The translations under genes and the position numbers were made by a program. DNA of 63,999 nt, counting the filler, from Dirinaria sp. TL-2023a (lineage: Eukaryota), in NCBI GenBank assembly GCA_051941275.1. It is 3 parts of 3 records of this genome, joined end to end, with 100 filler letters (N's around TTAATTAATTAA, not from the genome) between each part and the next. Parts side by side here need not be neighbours in the genome. Positions count along the whole stretch, not along the records: positions 1 to 22,019 come from JAVEBF010000239.1; positions 22,120 to 44,134 come from JAVEBF010000240.1; 1 more part is not named here. The stretch is one strand, 5' to 3'. Shown here piece after piece: positions 11,264-22,551 of this stretch. The notes under the pieces were generated by a model, which was not told the origin of the DNA, ran no database searches, and saw nothing but the letters and a program-made list of their open reading frames with translations. The first letter of the stretch is position 1. Every line of letters starts with the position of its first letter.

Positions 11264-14200
11264 TCAATTCACATCCCGTTCAACCGCCTCGCTCTTCAGC
11301 GCTCTCTTCTCCTCCCTTAGAATCCCAACCTCCCTTTCCAACTCTGCCACCCTATCCTTCAGCACCAGCACGCCCTCTCCCTTCTTGACTCTCCCCACAA
11401 TGTTCCTCAGCTCGTCGTTGAACCGTTCATACAGCGCTTCGTTCTCCGCATTCGCTTCCTGGTAGAGTGCATCCAGCTTCTTGACCTTGCGATTCGAGGC
11501 CTCGAGTTGTGAGGATAGATTGCTGGCTTCAGTAGCCAGGCCAGTGAGGCGAGAGGTTGTATGCGAGGTGTGCGCTGTGATGGTTTTCGTGAGGTGGTCC
11601 AGGCGGGAGGATAACACCTCTAGGGACGGAGGCGTTGAGGGTTTGGTGGGGGAAGTAGTTGACGCTTTTGGGGACGAGATGTTGAGGGGCTTGATAGGTG
11701 CGATGTGAGAGAGCTTGCTGGGTGCTCGTTTCAAAGCTGAGAGTTCGGTGCCGATAGCGGCCAGCTCGGCTTGAAGTTCGTCAGAAGCTGCGTTGAGGGT
11801 TTTATGTTCGTTGCTCAGCCGTTCGCGCAGCTTTTGAGGAGACTGTAGACGCAGCTTTTGCGGTGGCTGAGGGCCTTTTTTGGATAGGGTGGTACCGTTC
11901 GGGGGCCATTGACGCTCGCTGAGCCCTTTTGGTGCTGGAATTGCTGATTGCGAGGTTTTGGGCTTGACAGAGTTTGGGCTCGCAATGTTAGATTGTTCGG
12001 CTCGATTGGCAGTCTCTTTGGGTGGGACAATGGGGGTAATTTGGGCTGAAGAAGATTTGTGCTGCGCATACCCAAAGCGCTGAGGAGAACCCTCTTTCAT
12101 TTGTCGAGTGGCCAAGCGCTCTGGGGAGCCAAAGCGAGTCTTCGTAGAGTTTGGAGATGCATCCGGTTTTGCGACAGATGATTCAGCAACAGTAGTCTGG
12201 TCTCTCGGTGATTGCTTGATGTGGCTTCCAGTGTGCTGGTACTTGGTTGGTGTTCGCAGTTGCGAAGGCGATGAAGTCATCCACGTTGAGAGAGAAGGTG
12301 AGTCTAGGGGAGGCTTGAGATCGGAGAGTGAACTTCGACGCTTTTTCTTCGTCAGAACCGACGGCTTCGTAGGTGTCCCCTCACCAATGGTACTCAGGAC
12401 TGCTAAAGCTCGATGCGAGCTCCCAGGGCGAGGACTAGGCTCATCGGTTGGGATGCTATCCGAACGCGTCGGCCTATCCTTCGAGCCGGGACGGAGAGGA
12501 GGAAGCATCCGAGTGTCTGTGTCCGTCGACCTCGACCTTAGCAGAGTACCCTTGGAGAGGCTCCCAGGCTGAGAATTAACCTCACTAGGGCTTTTCGCGT
12601 TCTTGCTCAGTGTACGCCATACCGACGTCACCTTAGATTCGGACTCGGATTTGCTATTCTCTCTGCTTAATGTTCCAAAGCCGAATTTTCTGCGCAGTGA
12701 GGATGCGTTCGAGCTTAGAGAGCCAGTATTCACAGATCTATTCCGCCTGAGAGAGTCAGAAGCTATACTTGCTGCGGCCTCTTCCGGAGCTAGCGTATTG
12801 GATTCGAACAGCATCTCATAATCATCGACCAGGCGATCAAGCAGGGTAATGTAATCGTGAGCCGTGTCATCTACGATCAAGACCTCCGTAAAGCTAGCCA
12901 TAAGCGCGCCCCGATCTCCGTCGTTGCCCGAAGCATCTAAAAGATCGGATAAAAGCTTGACAGTGGCGGTGAACGCACGCTTGTTCTGAGGTGTCATCTC
13001 TTCCATTGCAGTTCGAAATTGGCGCACGAACTCAGTCGGCCTTCCAGTGTCGAGGCCCGCCTGCATACTCTCCATAAGAGTCCTTGGTAGCATTGGGCCC
13101 ATGCGATCTTTCCATGCGACCCTCACAAACTTTTCAAAAGACACAAAGAGGACATCAACAGGAACTTCGGCAGCCTCTTGTATTCTGGAAGGGTCTTCCA
13201 CCAGAGTATTATATAGCTCGTTCACCTTCAGCTCGTCGGCCGTAGCTCGCCCTCTCAGTACTCTCCCTATGATATTGCCACTCCTCGAACGTAGAGCGAC
13301 AATATAGGCCGCGAAAGTATCTTCCAGTAGAGATAAAGAGTCTCTAGTGCCTTTAACGTTTGCTTGAATAGTAGGTACTGAGTCAACTGGCCTGGGAACT
13401 CCCTCAAAAGTAGTGCCTGTATCTGGCGGAACAGGCGGTAACATCCGTGGGATATCCTTTAAGGTGGAAGTAGGTCCTCGCTGCTTGGATGGGCTGCTGG
13501 GTTGACTGGTAGGACCGCCGCCTAGGAAATTCGACAGGATTTTGACTGGAGATATAGGACGGAAATTTCGGCCCCGCGCTTCACCGCCTGTCGACGACGG
13601 TATGGGTACTGCTTGTAATATCTGACGATGGATCGCAACTGATGCTGCTGCTAACCCATGGGTTTGCGACTCGTACAAACTTCGGAGCATATGCTGTAGA
13701 CGCTTTCGGACGAAGAGAGGCAATTGTTCGCCTGTTATAACATCCGTGGACGCTACGTCTTCGGCAGTCCTGCAGTCTAACCGGTACCTTTCATTCTCAA
13801 GGGCTGAAACGCAGATAGCTATTTCGGTCGTAGGAGTCTCAGCTAACACAGATCTGGTCGTCCGACCCCTCCCTATTTCCAATCTAATGCGGCTTTGCTG
13901 GTTTGGATGGACCTCACTTGTCTGAAAATCGTCCTCAAAAATAGCTGCAAGCAAACCCAGTCCATCCGCAGAAGGACTTATAGTCCGTAACGACCAACGC
14001 TCTGATTCTCGCATAGCTTCCGGAAATCGTCCTTCGATCCTTGCTTTACAGATTTCCTCTGTCAAGCGAGCCGCTTTACCATCGTAAGGCGAATGGAGCA
14101 GGTATGCCCTTGTATACGCCGATCCAGCGAGCATTTGCTGCTGAGGAGCACTTGTTGTCGGTCCGAAATGGCTAGTAGCAAGAAGCCAGATCAGCCGCCC

Positions 14201-15922
14201 GTTTTCTGATTCTAACGTGCGTAAGTCAGCTACTGGCAAACAAGCGAAAAATTGGAGTCCACGTCTTCGATCGGTTGCCAGAGCGTTGACTCTCACAGCA
14301 GGGCGTTCGACTTCGGCTATGAGCCCACGCGCGGACAGCGCACTCTCTTCCACCTTAGTGAGCACTATCAGGAACTCAGGAAATATCAAAAACATGCTTG
14401 ACTGGCCACTGGTCTCCGCTGAGTAAGGTGGGCCCACTTCACGAACATCCACAGCTGTTATCAGCCGGCTTGATGTTGTAAGTGAAGCAGGCCACTGTTC
14501 AACTAGGTTGCGAAGGCATGCAACAGTACGTGTGCCTTGAGCGGACCCGTCTAGATCTAGGGCACATATTTCTGTCACCGTGTCTTTCGCCCTAAGGAGG
14601 TTGTTCAGCGCGGGATGGGAAGACGGGAGCAAATTTATCATGTTATCAATGAGAAGACTATATCGAGGCAGACGCTGCACAGGCTCGATGAGGACCGACC
14701 TCAGATGCTGTTCACCATACTCTTGAACAAAATTTGAGAGTGCGTTGTCACATTGGATGGCTTCATTCAGGACCGAAGATAGGTTTGTAGAGGCTCGCAT
14801 ATAGTCCTGATATGGATTTGAAAATCGCGGGAGCCACTGTAGAAGTGCTTTCGCAACCCTGGTGATACCGATAGCATCCGGAGCCCTTCCTTTGGATATC
14901 GCACTCTCTAGTTGAAGGGCTGGCTCCCTTGTCTCATGTATGTCATTTATAGCCTCCTCCTCTGTATCCCCAACAATTTTCTCAATGTCATCGCAGAAGC
15001 CACTATTGTTCTCGAGGATTAGATTAAGGGATTCAGGGAACAGTTTCCGTGCTACGCAATCTGCCAAAGGCCCATGGCTGGCAAGGCGAAAGTCTCTGGC
15101 TGTTGAGCGAACTAAGTCGTGGATTTTTTCCACATAACTTTTTTCCGTATCCATGAGCTCCAGGATTTCTTTACGGAGGGCGACTTTCTGCTCCCTATTC
15201 AATAATTTAGTCCTTCCATGAATGGTGGGTCGCGATGGTGCTCGCTTGAGCTTTGAGGTCGGTAAAAATGCAGGTGCACCGAACGAGCTGATAAAGGCAT
15301 TGAACTTTCCGTAATGATAAAGCGGCAAGCCATCTTCGGAGACCAATGGTGCTTGATCAGGTCCTTCACCACCATCATTGGCCCTTGTTATGGTTTTTGG
15401 AGGTAGCAGCAGGTCTAGATCGGCGCAAGAGAGGGTTTTTGGCGTAAGAGCTGATATGAAGTAATCCAAAATATCTTTTGGCTCGTCGAATCTAACCATG
15501 GCAGCAGCTAGGTCACCAGCATGCATTTCATCGAACATAGCTGGAGCCTGCCGGTTGTGGCGCCGACGAGCCACAAGCTCTTTCGTACATTCTTTGGTAG
15601 CCTTTGGAATGCCCGAAAAATAGCACAACAGACTCATGGCTAAGCCTCGGTATACTTCGTCACCTTGCTTGTCGATTGGCAAGTGATGAACTGCGGCATA
15701 GTGGGGGGATATAGGAGCGACTGTGAGACGAGGAAAAGATTGAAGTCCGGCAGGGGAGTAAATATGTGCTTGTATCCGCGAATTGTTCTGCGTTGAATTG
15801 CCGGTAGTCGAAGGTCCATAAAACACAATGATTGGGAGATTTTCCAATAAGGCATCCCTCGTGTAGTATAGTGAGACATTCTCCGTCGAAAGCGATGAGA
15901 GCGAAACACCTAGCGAGACCAT
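11264..15922 (-). CDS. bud3: Rho guanine nucleotide exchange factor, Bud3-like (DH domain, PH-like region, RhoGAP-like segment, C-terminal coiled coil)
   Basis: Single 1552-aa ORF with DH motifs ELMDTEKSYV and LIEPVQRLPRYSLL. The N-terminus resembles my recollection of Pezizomycotina Bud3. Confidence 0.75.
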   Translation of the reverse strand: MVSLGVSLSSLSTENVSLYYTRDALLENLPIIVFYGPSTTGNSTQNNSRIQAHIYSPAGLQSFPRLTVAPISPHYAAVHHLPIDKQGDEVYRGLAMSLLCYFSGIPKATKECTKELVARRRHNRQAPAMFDEMHAGDLAAAMVRFDEPKDILDYFISALTPKTLSCADLDLLLPPKTITRANDGGEGPDQAPLVSEDGLPLYHYGKFNAFISSFGAPAFLPTSKLKRAPSRPTIHGRTKLLNREQKVALRKEILELMDTEKSYVEKIHDLVRSTARDFRLASHGPLADCVARKLFPESLNLILENNSGFCDDIEKIVGDTEEEAINDIHETREPALQLESAISKGRAPDAIGITRVAKALLQWLPRFSNPYQDYMRASTNLSSVLNEAIQCDNALSNFVQEYGEQHLRSVLIEPVQRLPRYSLLIDNMINLLPSSHPALNNLLRAKDTVTEICALDLDGSAQGTRTVACLRNLVEQWPASLTTSSRLITAVDVREVGPPYSAETSGQSSMFLIFPEFLIVLTKVEESALSARGLIAEVERPAVRVNALATDRRRGLQFFACLPVADLRTLESENGRLIWLLATSHFGPTTSAPQQQMLAGSAYTRAYLLHSPYDGKAARLTEEICKARIEGRFPEAMRESERWSLRTISPSADGLGLLAAIFEDDFQTSEVHPNQQSRIRLEIGRGRTTRSVLAETPTTEIAICVSALENERYRLDCRTAEDVASTDVITGEQLPLFVRKRLQHMLRSLYESQTHGLAAASVAIHRQILQAVPIPSSTGGEARGRNFRPISPVKILSNFLGGGPTSQPSSPSKQRGPTSTLKDIPRMLPPVPPDTGTTFEGVPRPVDSVPTIQANVKGTRDSLSLLEDTFAAYIVALRSRSGNIIGRVLRGRATADELKVNELYNTLVEDPSRIQEAAEVPVDVLFVSFEKFVRVAWKDRMGPMLPRTLMESMQAGLDTGRPTEFVRQFRTAMEEMTPQNKRAFTATVKLLSDLLDASGNDGDRGALMASFTEVLIVDDTAHDYITLLDRLVDDYEMLFESNTLAPEEAAASIASDSLRRNRSVNTGSLSSNASSLRRKFGFGTLSRENSKSESESKVTSVWRTLSKNAKSPSEVNSQPGSLSKGTLLRSRSTDTDTRMLPPLRPGSKDRPTRSDSIPTDEPSPRPGSSHRALAVLSTIGEGTPTKPSVLTKKKRRSSLSDLKPPLDSPSLSTWMTSSPSQLRTPTKYQHTGSHIKQSPRDQTTVAESSVAKPDASPNSTKTRFGSPERLATRQMKEGSPQRFGYAQHKSSSAQITPIVPPKETANRAEQSNIASPNSVKPKTSQSAIPAPKGLSERQWPPNGTTLSKKGPQPPQKLRLQSPQKLRERLSNEHKTLNAASDELQAELAAIGTELSALKRAPSKLSHIAPIKPLNISSPKASTTSPTKPSTPPSLEVLSSRLDHLTKTITAHTSHTTSRLTGLATEASNLSSQLEASNRKVKKLDALYQEANAENEALYERFNDELRNIVGRVKKGEGVLVLKDRVAELEREVGILREEKRALKSEAVERDVN

Positions 15923-16413
15923 GTTGCTTCTATCTGGCCTTGCGATCCTATGGTTGTCGGATACGATTGACTACTTTATCTTAGCCACCCCAAAGGGCAA
16001 GGAAAGAGAATGGATATTATAATCCGCGATGCACATGTTGCGCCTGCCAAGCGGTTGTTGACAACTGGCCCAGCACCAAAAGGAAGCCGCAGAGCGGAAG
16101 ATAGGAGAGCACCTTACGAGAAGGTTATCAATGCTTCAGATCGAGCTTCCTTCACCATTGTGACCCTACAAATGCGCAATCACCTGCTTTTGAACTCGCG
16201 ATTGGAGGGGTGTGGATTGGGTCGTACCTGTCGATCTGCCATCGGGATCAACACAAGCGCGTCATAGTGAAGTTTAGCGCGCCTCGATCGCGTGCGCAGC
16301 GTCTGAACAGGGGGAGGCAGGGCTGATCTGGCGCTAGGTAATAAGCCCAGGGAGCCCTTTAGAACGGATTATTACACTTTGAAATCAGAGTCGAATGTCT
16401 TGTTGGCATAATC

Positions 16414-17612
16414 ATGACGTCGAGCCAGGAAGACACAGCAATACCTTTTCACATCCATTACCCTCAACGAGCATATCGCCTACTTGAGCTTCCTCAACCT
16501 TTGCTAGACCTCATCAAATCCGAAAACCCTCCCGAGTAAGTTCTTGTATCATGCCCAGAACACAACTTCATTTGACAATCGAGAGAGCTTCCAGTTGAAA
16601 TCTACAACCTACAATGCCGGCAATGCCGTCCTCTGCACGGATAGGCAGACCTACTCGATACGACAAGTTCATAACTCAAATTCAATATTCATCCTACAGC
16701 CTTCACAATCCGTAGTTGGGACCGCAGAGCCAGGCGAAGGTGTCTCTGCTATCGCAAGATGTCCGACCACGCTCGAATTGGTTCCATCAGCCTCTGTAGG
16801 AGTAGAATATTTAAAGCGCGTGCTCCCTCGATATACAGGTCCAGCGTCTTTTTTGGGCGAGAAGGATAACATCGCCTCAGATGTAGGAACCGGCGCATAC
16901 CGAGGTAGAGAGGCTCTATTGGATGATGCTCCTCTGTCCCGAGAGGAGTTCCACTCGGCATGGACAGAATTGTGCGCTTTTGAAAGTGACGGCAACGCTA
17001 TGCTACCAACTGCAAGAGCGTTGCATGCACTCTGGAAGTCTATCATCTCGGCAGCTACAGCAACGGGCATAAAGATAGATGAAAGCTTATATATTAGCAG
17101 TATTGCCGAGGTTGTAGAGGAGGATGGCTTTCCTCAAAGTCTACTGCATGCTGTTATTAGCCGACTGTCTGTGGAACAGATCGTACCTGTGGAAGGCTGT
17201 AGGTAGCCTGAATATTGCATGCTATTGCTACAGACCAGCTGATGAAATTGCAGGGGCTAATATAACTGCCGCAAAAAGCGTTCCATGGCTCGGTACAGTC
17301 ATTCTCGATTCAAACGCTATTTCAAGTGAGGGTATATTAGAGTCAATGTTCCTCCAAGAGTGGCAAAATCTGCTACCAGAAAGCTGGAGAGAGCATGTCT
17401 CGCTGACACTGCTCAAAGTAGGCAGTTCCTTACGATCATTAACGAGAAAGACTGACCGCTCGCCTTAGGGCGAATACCTCGAGCCAGCTAAAGGTAAAAT
17501 CATGTCTCGTGAAGTCACGGTCAAAGCTGGTCGTTCCTCATCGGAAGCTCTCGCTCCAAGTGGAAAACGCCCGGGCAAATGGCACGAAAAATTCAAGAAT
17601 GACAGACGGTAG
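16414..17612 (+). CDS. DCC1: Sister chromatid cohesion protein Dcc1 (Ctf18-RFC subunit), 4 exons
   Basis: N-terminal AYRLLELPQPLL, then AVLCTDRQTYSIRQVHNSNSIFIL, FLQEWQNLLPESW and C-terminal GKWHEKFK. Confidence 0.9.
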
Positions 17613-17721
17613 TGCTTCTTCGAAAATCTGCAAAAATAATTCTGGTAGCCTCTGTTGTGATCTCGATTGCCTTTACCGGTTACGATTTGATCCTTCTACG
17701 GATGAAGGCCATTTGTATTAC

Positions 17722-18990
17722 TTAGCACCATCCGTACTTTTCAATCCCTAACCAGCTTAATGTGACACCAGGAACAAGGTGAGGGCCATGCCACCGAAGG
17801 CTAGCGATGCTATCGTTTTCGCGATCAATGAGCTTGCTCGACGGCTGTAGATATTTGGCCGCTTGCTGACACAGCAAAGATGGGTTCCAAACCTGGACTT
17901 CGTTCATCGTCCACTTCGCTGCCTCACGTTGCGCTGCTCTGAGAACTGCTGCTGTTGCCAGGACTTGCGCTTGATTTGCTCCATCTAAATGTATGGAGGC
18001 ACCATCGGCTCCCGGCTTTGGAGTTTCAAGATCCTCTTCTCCCTCGATCACCATTCGAAGTATATTGAGAGTGTTCTCGCTTACTCTTGAGCCGAAAGTC
18101 CTAGTCCAAATACACCAGACACGCGAATCATTCTCAGCATGGGCTATCGCACCTCTGACTTCAGGTGTCTTGCCAAGCAGCTCTTTCGCCGTAAAAACTT
18201 CTCGTGCCTTATGCCACTGCATAGTCTCCATGTCAGGAAGCAATGCTACTGTCATTGCTTGTGCTTTTGCTGATCCGGCTATTTTAGCCCTCAGGGCGGT
18301 CTCGTCGGCACGGCAAAGATCAACAAGATCATTATCATACAATGGGTCTGCTCGAGGAAGTCTTTTTGAGTCCGAGTCTCTCTCTTCATATTCAAGAGCT
18401 CTAAGGGCAACATGGCTTGAGGGAAATGGCTCCCAACCACGTTTCGAATAGAACCTCTACTTCACCATTAGCGCCCCTATATGTTCTTCGGAGACTCCTC
18501 GTGCTGTACTTACCTTGCCAATATCTGAAAATAGAACAGTGAAGTCCGCTACCGTTCCGGCCTGTTGCTGCCATGTATCCAACGCTTTTCCGAGCTCCTT
18601 CATCATTCTCCCTGCATACCCCTGGCCTCTAAAATCTACATTACAGAAAACACTACAAATCCCATGAGCAATAGTTTCTTCAACTTCCCCATCTCCTCTC
18701 CTCACTAGTGCTCGTTTGCGCAATGACTCGCAGCTTGCAAGAATCGTACGTGGAGTAGAAGTTTGGTTTGAGTCGACCAGAATCCAGAAGGTAATACCCC
18801 CGTCAAGTGTGAGTGGTTGATTTTCCAGCAAATTTTCGCGGCTCAGGTACGCTTCTAGCGACAGTTGACCTGCCCAGCTGGCGCCATTCAGCTTCCAAGT
18901 TGCTATCTTCTCCTGCTGTGTAGGATGGACTAATGCGAGACTAGGCGAATCGCTGGAGGGTAGAGCCGAATTGTTGAGAGCGGAGGGCAT
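17722..18990 (-). CDS. GNAT-family lysine acetyltransferase (LYC1-like), intron 18457-18513
   Basis: ILASCESLRKRAL, acetyl-CoA motif SVFCNVDFRGQGYAGRMM, VLFSDIGK-RFYSKRGW and C-terminal EKYGWC. Confidence 0.85.
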
Positions 18991-19959
18991 ATTGGCGAGT
19001 TGTAATTTCGAAGTGGAGGCTTGCAGTGGAAATCAGTAACGGGATACATTTTCAACGCTGCGTAGTATGAGTAACCCAGGAATGTAGACAATTCCGGATT
19101 CGTCCAGCTATCGTAGCCGCTGTGAAGCGACTCTAGCCGACCATCTCACCGCTAGCAGCTTCACAGCTGATGCCATACAGAACCATTTCTGCTGACGTAA
19201 AGCCGGGAGATAGAATAGTGTACTGAGCTTCTCCTTGAGCTCAGGTGTTTCAGGGGGAAAACTTGAGTGCCTCTGTCGTTTGCATGATGCGCGCCGAGGC
19301 GGGCCTTTGAGCTCAACTTTATGCCCAAAAAGGTCTAGCGTTGGGGTGCGTCTTCATCCGAGGAACCTGGCACACTTGATGGTCAACACTTTCACAAAAT
19401 TTCATGTACGGATAGGTATTCATACCTCATTGACTGGTCACCCAGCCCACCATGTGTGCTTGCTGCTTTTCTGAGGAGCCTGAGCAGCTTCATTCATTGG
19501 GCTTGTGTTGCATGCGCAAGAAGCGCTCGTAACATGCGTCAAACATCGCGCCTGACGATTAAATCTTGATTAGCTTTCTCAACAATCCACTGCACAGAAA
19601 ACTGTGTAGAGCGCAGACTCCCTCAAGCAATCCGTTCCATAATTTTTTTTGCCAGCTCCGACATGAGTATCACTGTGCAAGCATGTCTTGTCTCTTGATG
19701 CGGGATTCCGACTGTGACGCAAGGCTACCAATGGCTCCGATTAACACCACGCAAATTCAAGAAAGTGATGTATAAAGGAAGCTAAGTATGAAATGCAATG
19801 CATCTGACGTTGGAATTGCTTCCCAACACCCCTCATAATATTTCGTCGAAGAGCAAACAAGGCTTCCTAAGTATATCTGTGCAAAACATTGAAGTGTTTC
19901 AAAGCTGAACTTGTATCAGCATAGCCCCTGATCACGGTGTAATTATTGGGACTGTGTTC

Positions 19960-22019
19960 ATGGCGCGCAATATCGAGGTCATTGATCTAGATAGTGATGA
20001 TGATGATGATATGAATACACAGCCAAGAGCCCCTTGGGAGACCCCGGAAGCGGAAGAGTTTTTCGATGCACTCGACCAAGGCGATCCCAGCCTGCAGAAC
20101 CAAGAAAATATAAATCCCGGCCTAGCACCGGCGGTCGATATGCTCTACGGCTTCCCGCGACCTTTCCACCATGAAAATAATGGCATCTTGGAGCCGCCTT
20201 TATCACCAATGGGCGAACGCTTTTTAGGACATCATGTGTCGATCTCCAGCGATGATTCCAATGTTGAGCTTGCGAGGGATCAAGGTGCAAATAATGTTTC
20301 GCCAGACTATAACTCGTGTCTTGTTGATATCCTCGAGCTATTCCCCGATATCTCGCATGATCACGTCAAGCAGTTATACGATTCTGAGCTTCAAGGCTCC
20401 GGGCCCAATAGAACGCAGACGTCCGTAGTACAACATCTCATTGACCAAATATTGGACTCGGGAAAATATCCCAAGGAAAAGGATCGGCTGAAGGAGCTTA
20501 AGCGAAAAAGGTATCTGGACAGCGACGAAGAGGAAATGGCTGAGCTCCAGAACGCGCAGAGCGGTGACACTGGGTATGGGCTCAGCTACTATTCAGACAC
20601 TGCGTAAGTCTAATGCATTGCCTTTGTTTCATATTCTCGCGCCAATTTTCTATGCAGTGGGTCACACTGGCAATTAGAGTTATGGCTCACCTTGTCCCTC
20701 CCCGTATGACACATTCCGTGTCAGCTTTCTGCCTTTTGTCATTGACGCTCCTGTGATACAGTAAAACGGTCTTACAAGAGGATTTTGTCAACATTCCGGC
20801 AAGATTCATCGATCTTAAATTCAAAGAGAGCGGCCAATATATAAAGACCTACCAAGTATTAGAACTTGCGGAACGCGAATGGGAAGCAAATCCAAATCCG
20901 CCGTATCAGAGGCTGAAGCATCCGCGAAAGCCATCCCGGACCCTCGAAGAGATCGAGCATCAAATAGACACTATGGCCGCCCAAGGTTATGGCCTTGCCG
21001 AGTTGAAGCGAGAAATTGCTGCCGCGAGGAGGCAACGTCAAAAGACAGAAGGTGCGTTTTTCTCAATCCCACATCATGAGTTACCCGAATTTTCTAGTTG
21101 TGATGTTTGTGCTTACACATCCAAGTCAAGCAACAAGCAAAAAAAGCCAAAGATGCAGCTGAACGGGCAAAGGACAAGGAATACCGGGACAAAGGCGATG
21201 TGATGGACTGTGCCATATGTTGGGACTCCACACCAACGTACAAAGTCATTGCCTGCAACAGCGAGAAAGCCTCTCATTTCACCTGTTTTGGATGCATCAA
21301 CGACCACGCCAAAAGTTGTATCGGAGACCAGAAGTGGGAACTTCTGTGTCCAGACACAAGCGGATGCCAGGCATCATTTAGCCGTTTGGAGAAGAAGAGA
21401 GCGCTCAGTGCCAAGATCGTGGAAACTCTAGATCGCATCCAGCAGCAATCAGAACTCACCCAAGCCGGTATGGCAGACCTCTCGAGATGTCCTTTTTGTG
21501 ACTTTGCCGCGATTTGTCCACCCATCGAAGTCGATTGGGAATTTCGCTGTGGTAATTCGGAATGTGGGCGAATTTCATGCAGGAGGTGTGAGAAGGACAC
21601 ACATGCCCCGAAAACCTGCAAAGAGGCTAGAGCAGACCAGGGACTCGATGAACGACACGCAATTGAGGAAGCGTACGTAATATTTCCCCTTACATATGTT
21701 GCTTGGCCATTGCAAAGCGCTATGTCATATACTTCGCGAAAGATGGTCTTCATCCATCTTCCCCTATTTACTGAGTTTAACTGGATTCTCATGCTAACGC
21801 GGTGATTCTCAAGGCGTTCCGCGGCGGTGATCAAGAAATGCACGTGTGGCAGACCCATAATCAAATTAGACGGCTGCAATAAAGTCAAGTGCTATTGCGG
21901 AAGAACCATCTGCGATTTTTGCGGGAAAGATCTAACTCGGTTGGGCTACAACCATTTCTCAGGCGAAGGTGGCTTGCTACAGGTGGTGGGTTTAAAATGC
22001 CCTCTTTACGATGATAGCG
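19960..22019 (+). CDS. RBR (RING1-IBR-RING2) E3 ubiquitin ligase, RNF216/TRIAD3-like; 3' end lost in gap
   Basis: CUE/UBA-like ILELFPDISHDHV; RING1 CAICW...HFTCFGC...CPDTSGC; IBR CPFC...CRRC...HAPKTC; RING2 KLDGCNKVKCYC...CDFC...NHF. Three canonical introns. Confidence 0.88.
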
Positions 22020-22119
22020 NNNNNNNNNNNNNNNNNNNNNNNNNNNNNNNNNNNNNNNNNNNNTTAATTAATTAANNNNNNNNNNNNNNNNNNNNNNNNN
22101 NNNNNNNNNNNNNNNNNNN
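22020..22119. other. Assembly linker 44N-TTAATTAATTAA-44N
   Basis: Exactly 100 nt, with a six-frame-stop spacer at 22064-22075. Identical to the linker at 44135. Confidence 0.97.
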
Positions 22120-22551
22120 GATCAGGGACGAGGACGAAGGGGGGGGAGGGAGAGTGTGTGAATAGAAGGAAAAAGTAATGTTTGATTTTGGTGTCTTGAA
22201 TTATTTTAGAGAGAAAGATAAAGAAAATCGAAAAAGCTTGATCGTTTGAGAAAAAAAAAAAAGAGAGAAAAATTAGCAATTTGAATGAAAGTACTGTAAG
22301 GATGGCGAGGGGAAAATTGATGCAAAAGTTCTTCTTTTTTTCTTTCTTCTTTCATTTAAAAAAAAGAAAAATCAATTCAACTCGCTGCTAAAGACATTAA
22401 CTGCTTACCAGCAACTACATGGACTACACGCACATAAGGTTGGAAGAAATTCCACGAACAGCATAAGAAAAAAACACACGCACACGCGCACTGTATGAGC
22501 AAAAAGCTCTTCCTCTCAAGCTGAATTAATACAATCTAAAGACCGGGAGCA

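Noticed and set aside
22064..22075. Palindromic TTAATTAATTAA repeated at 44179-44190
   Set aside because: It is centred in exactly 44+44 Ns both times, so it is an artificial six-frame-stop contig linker, not biology.
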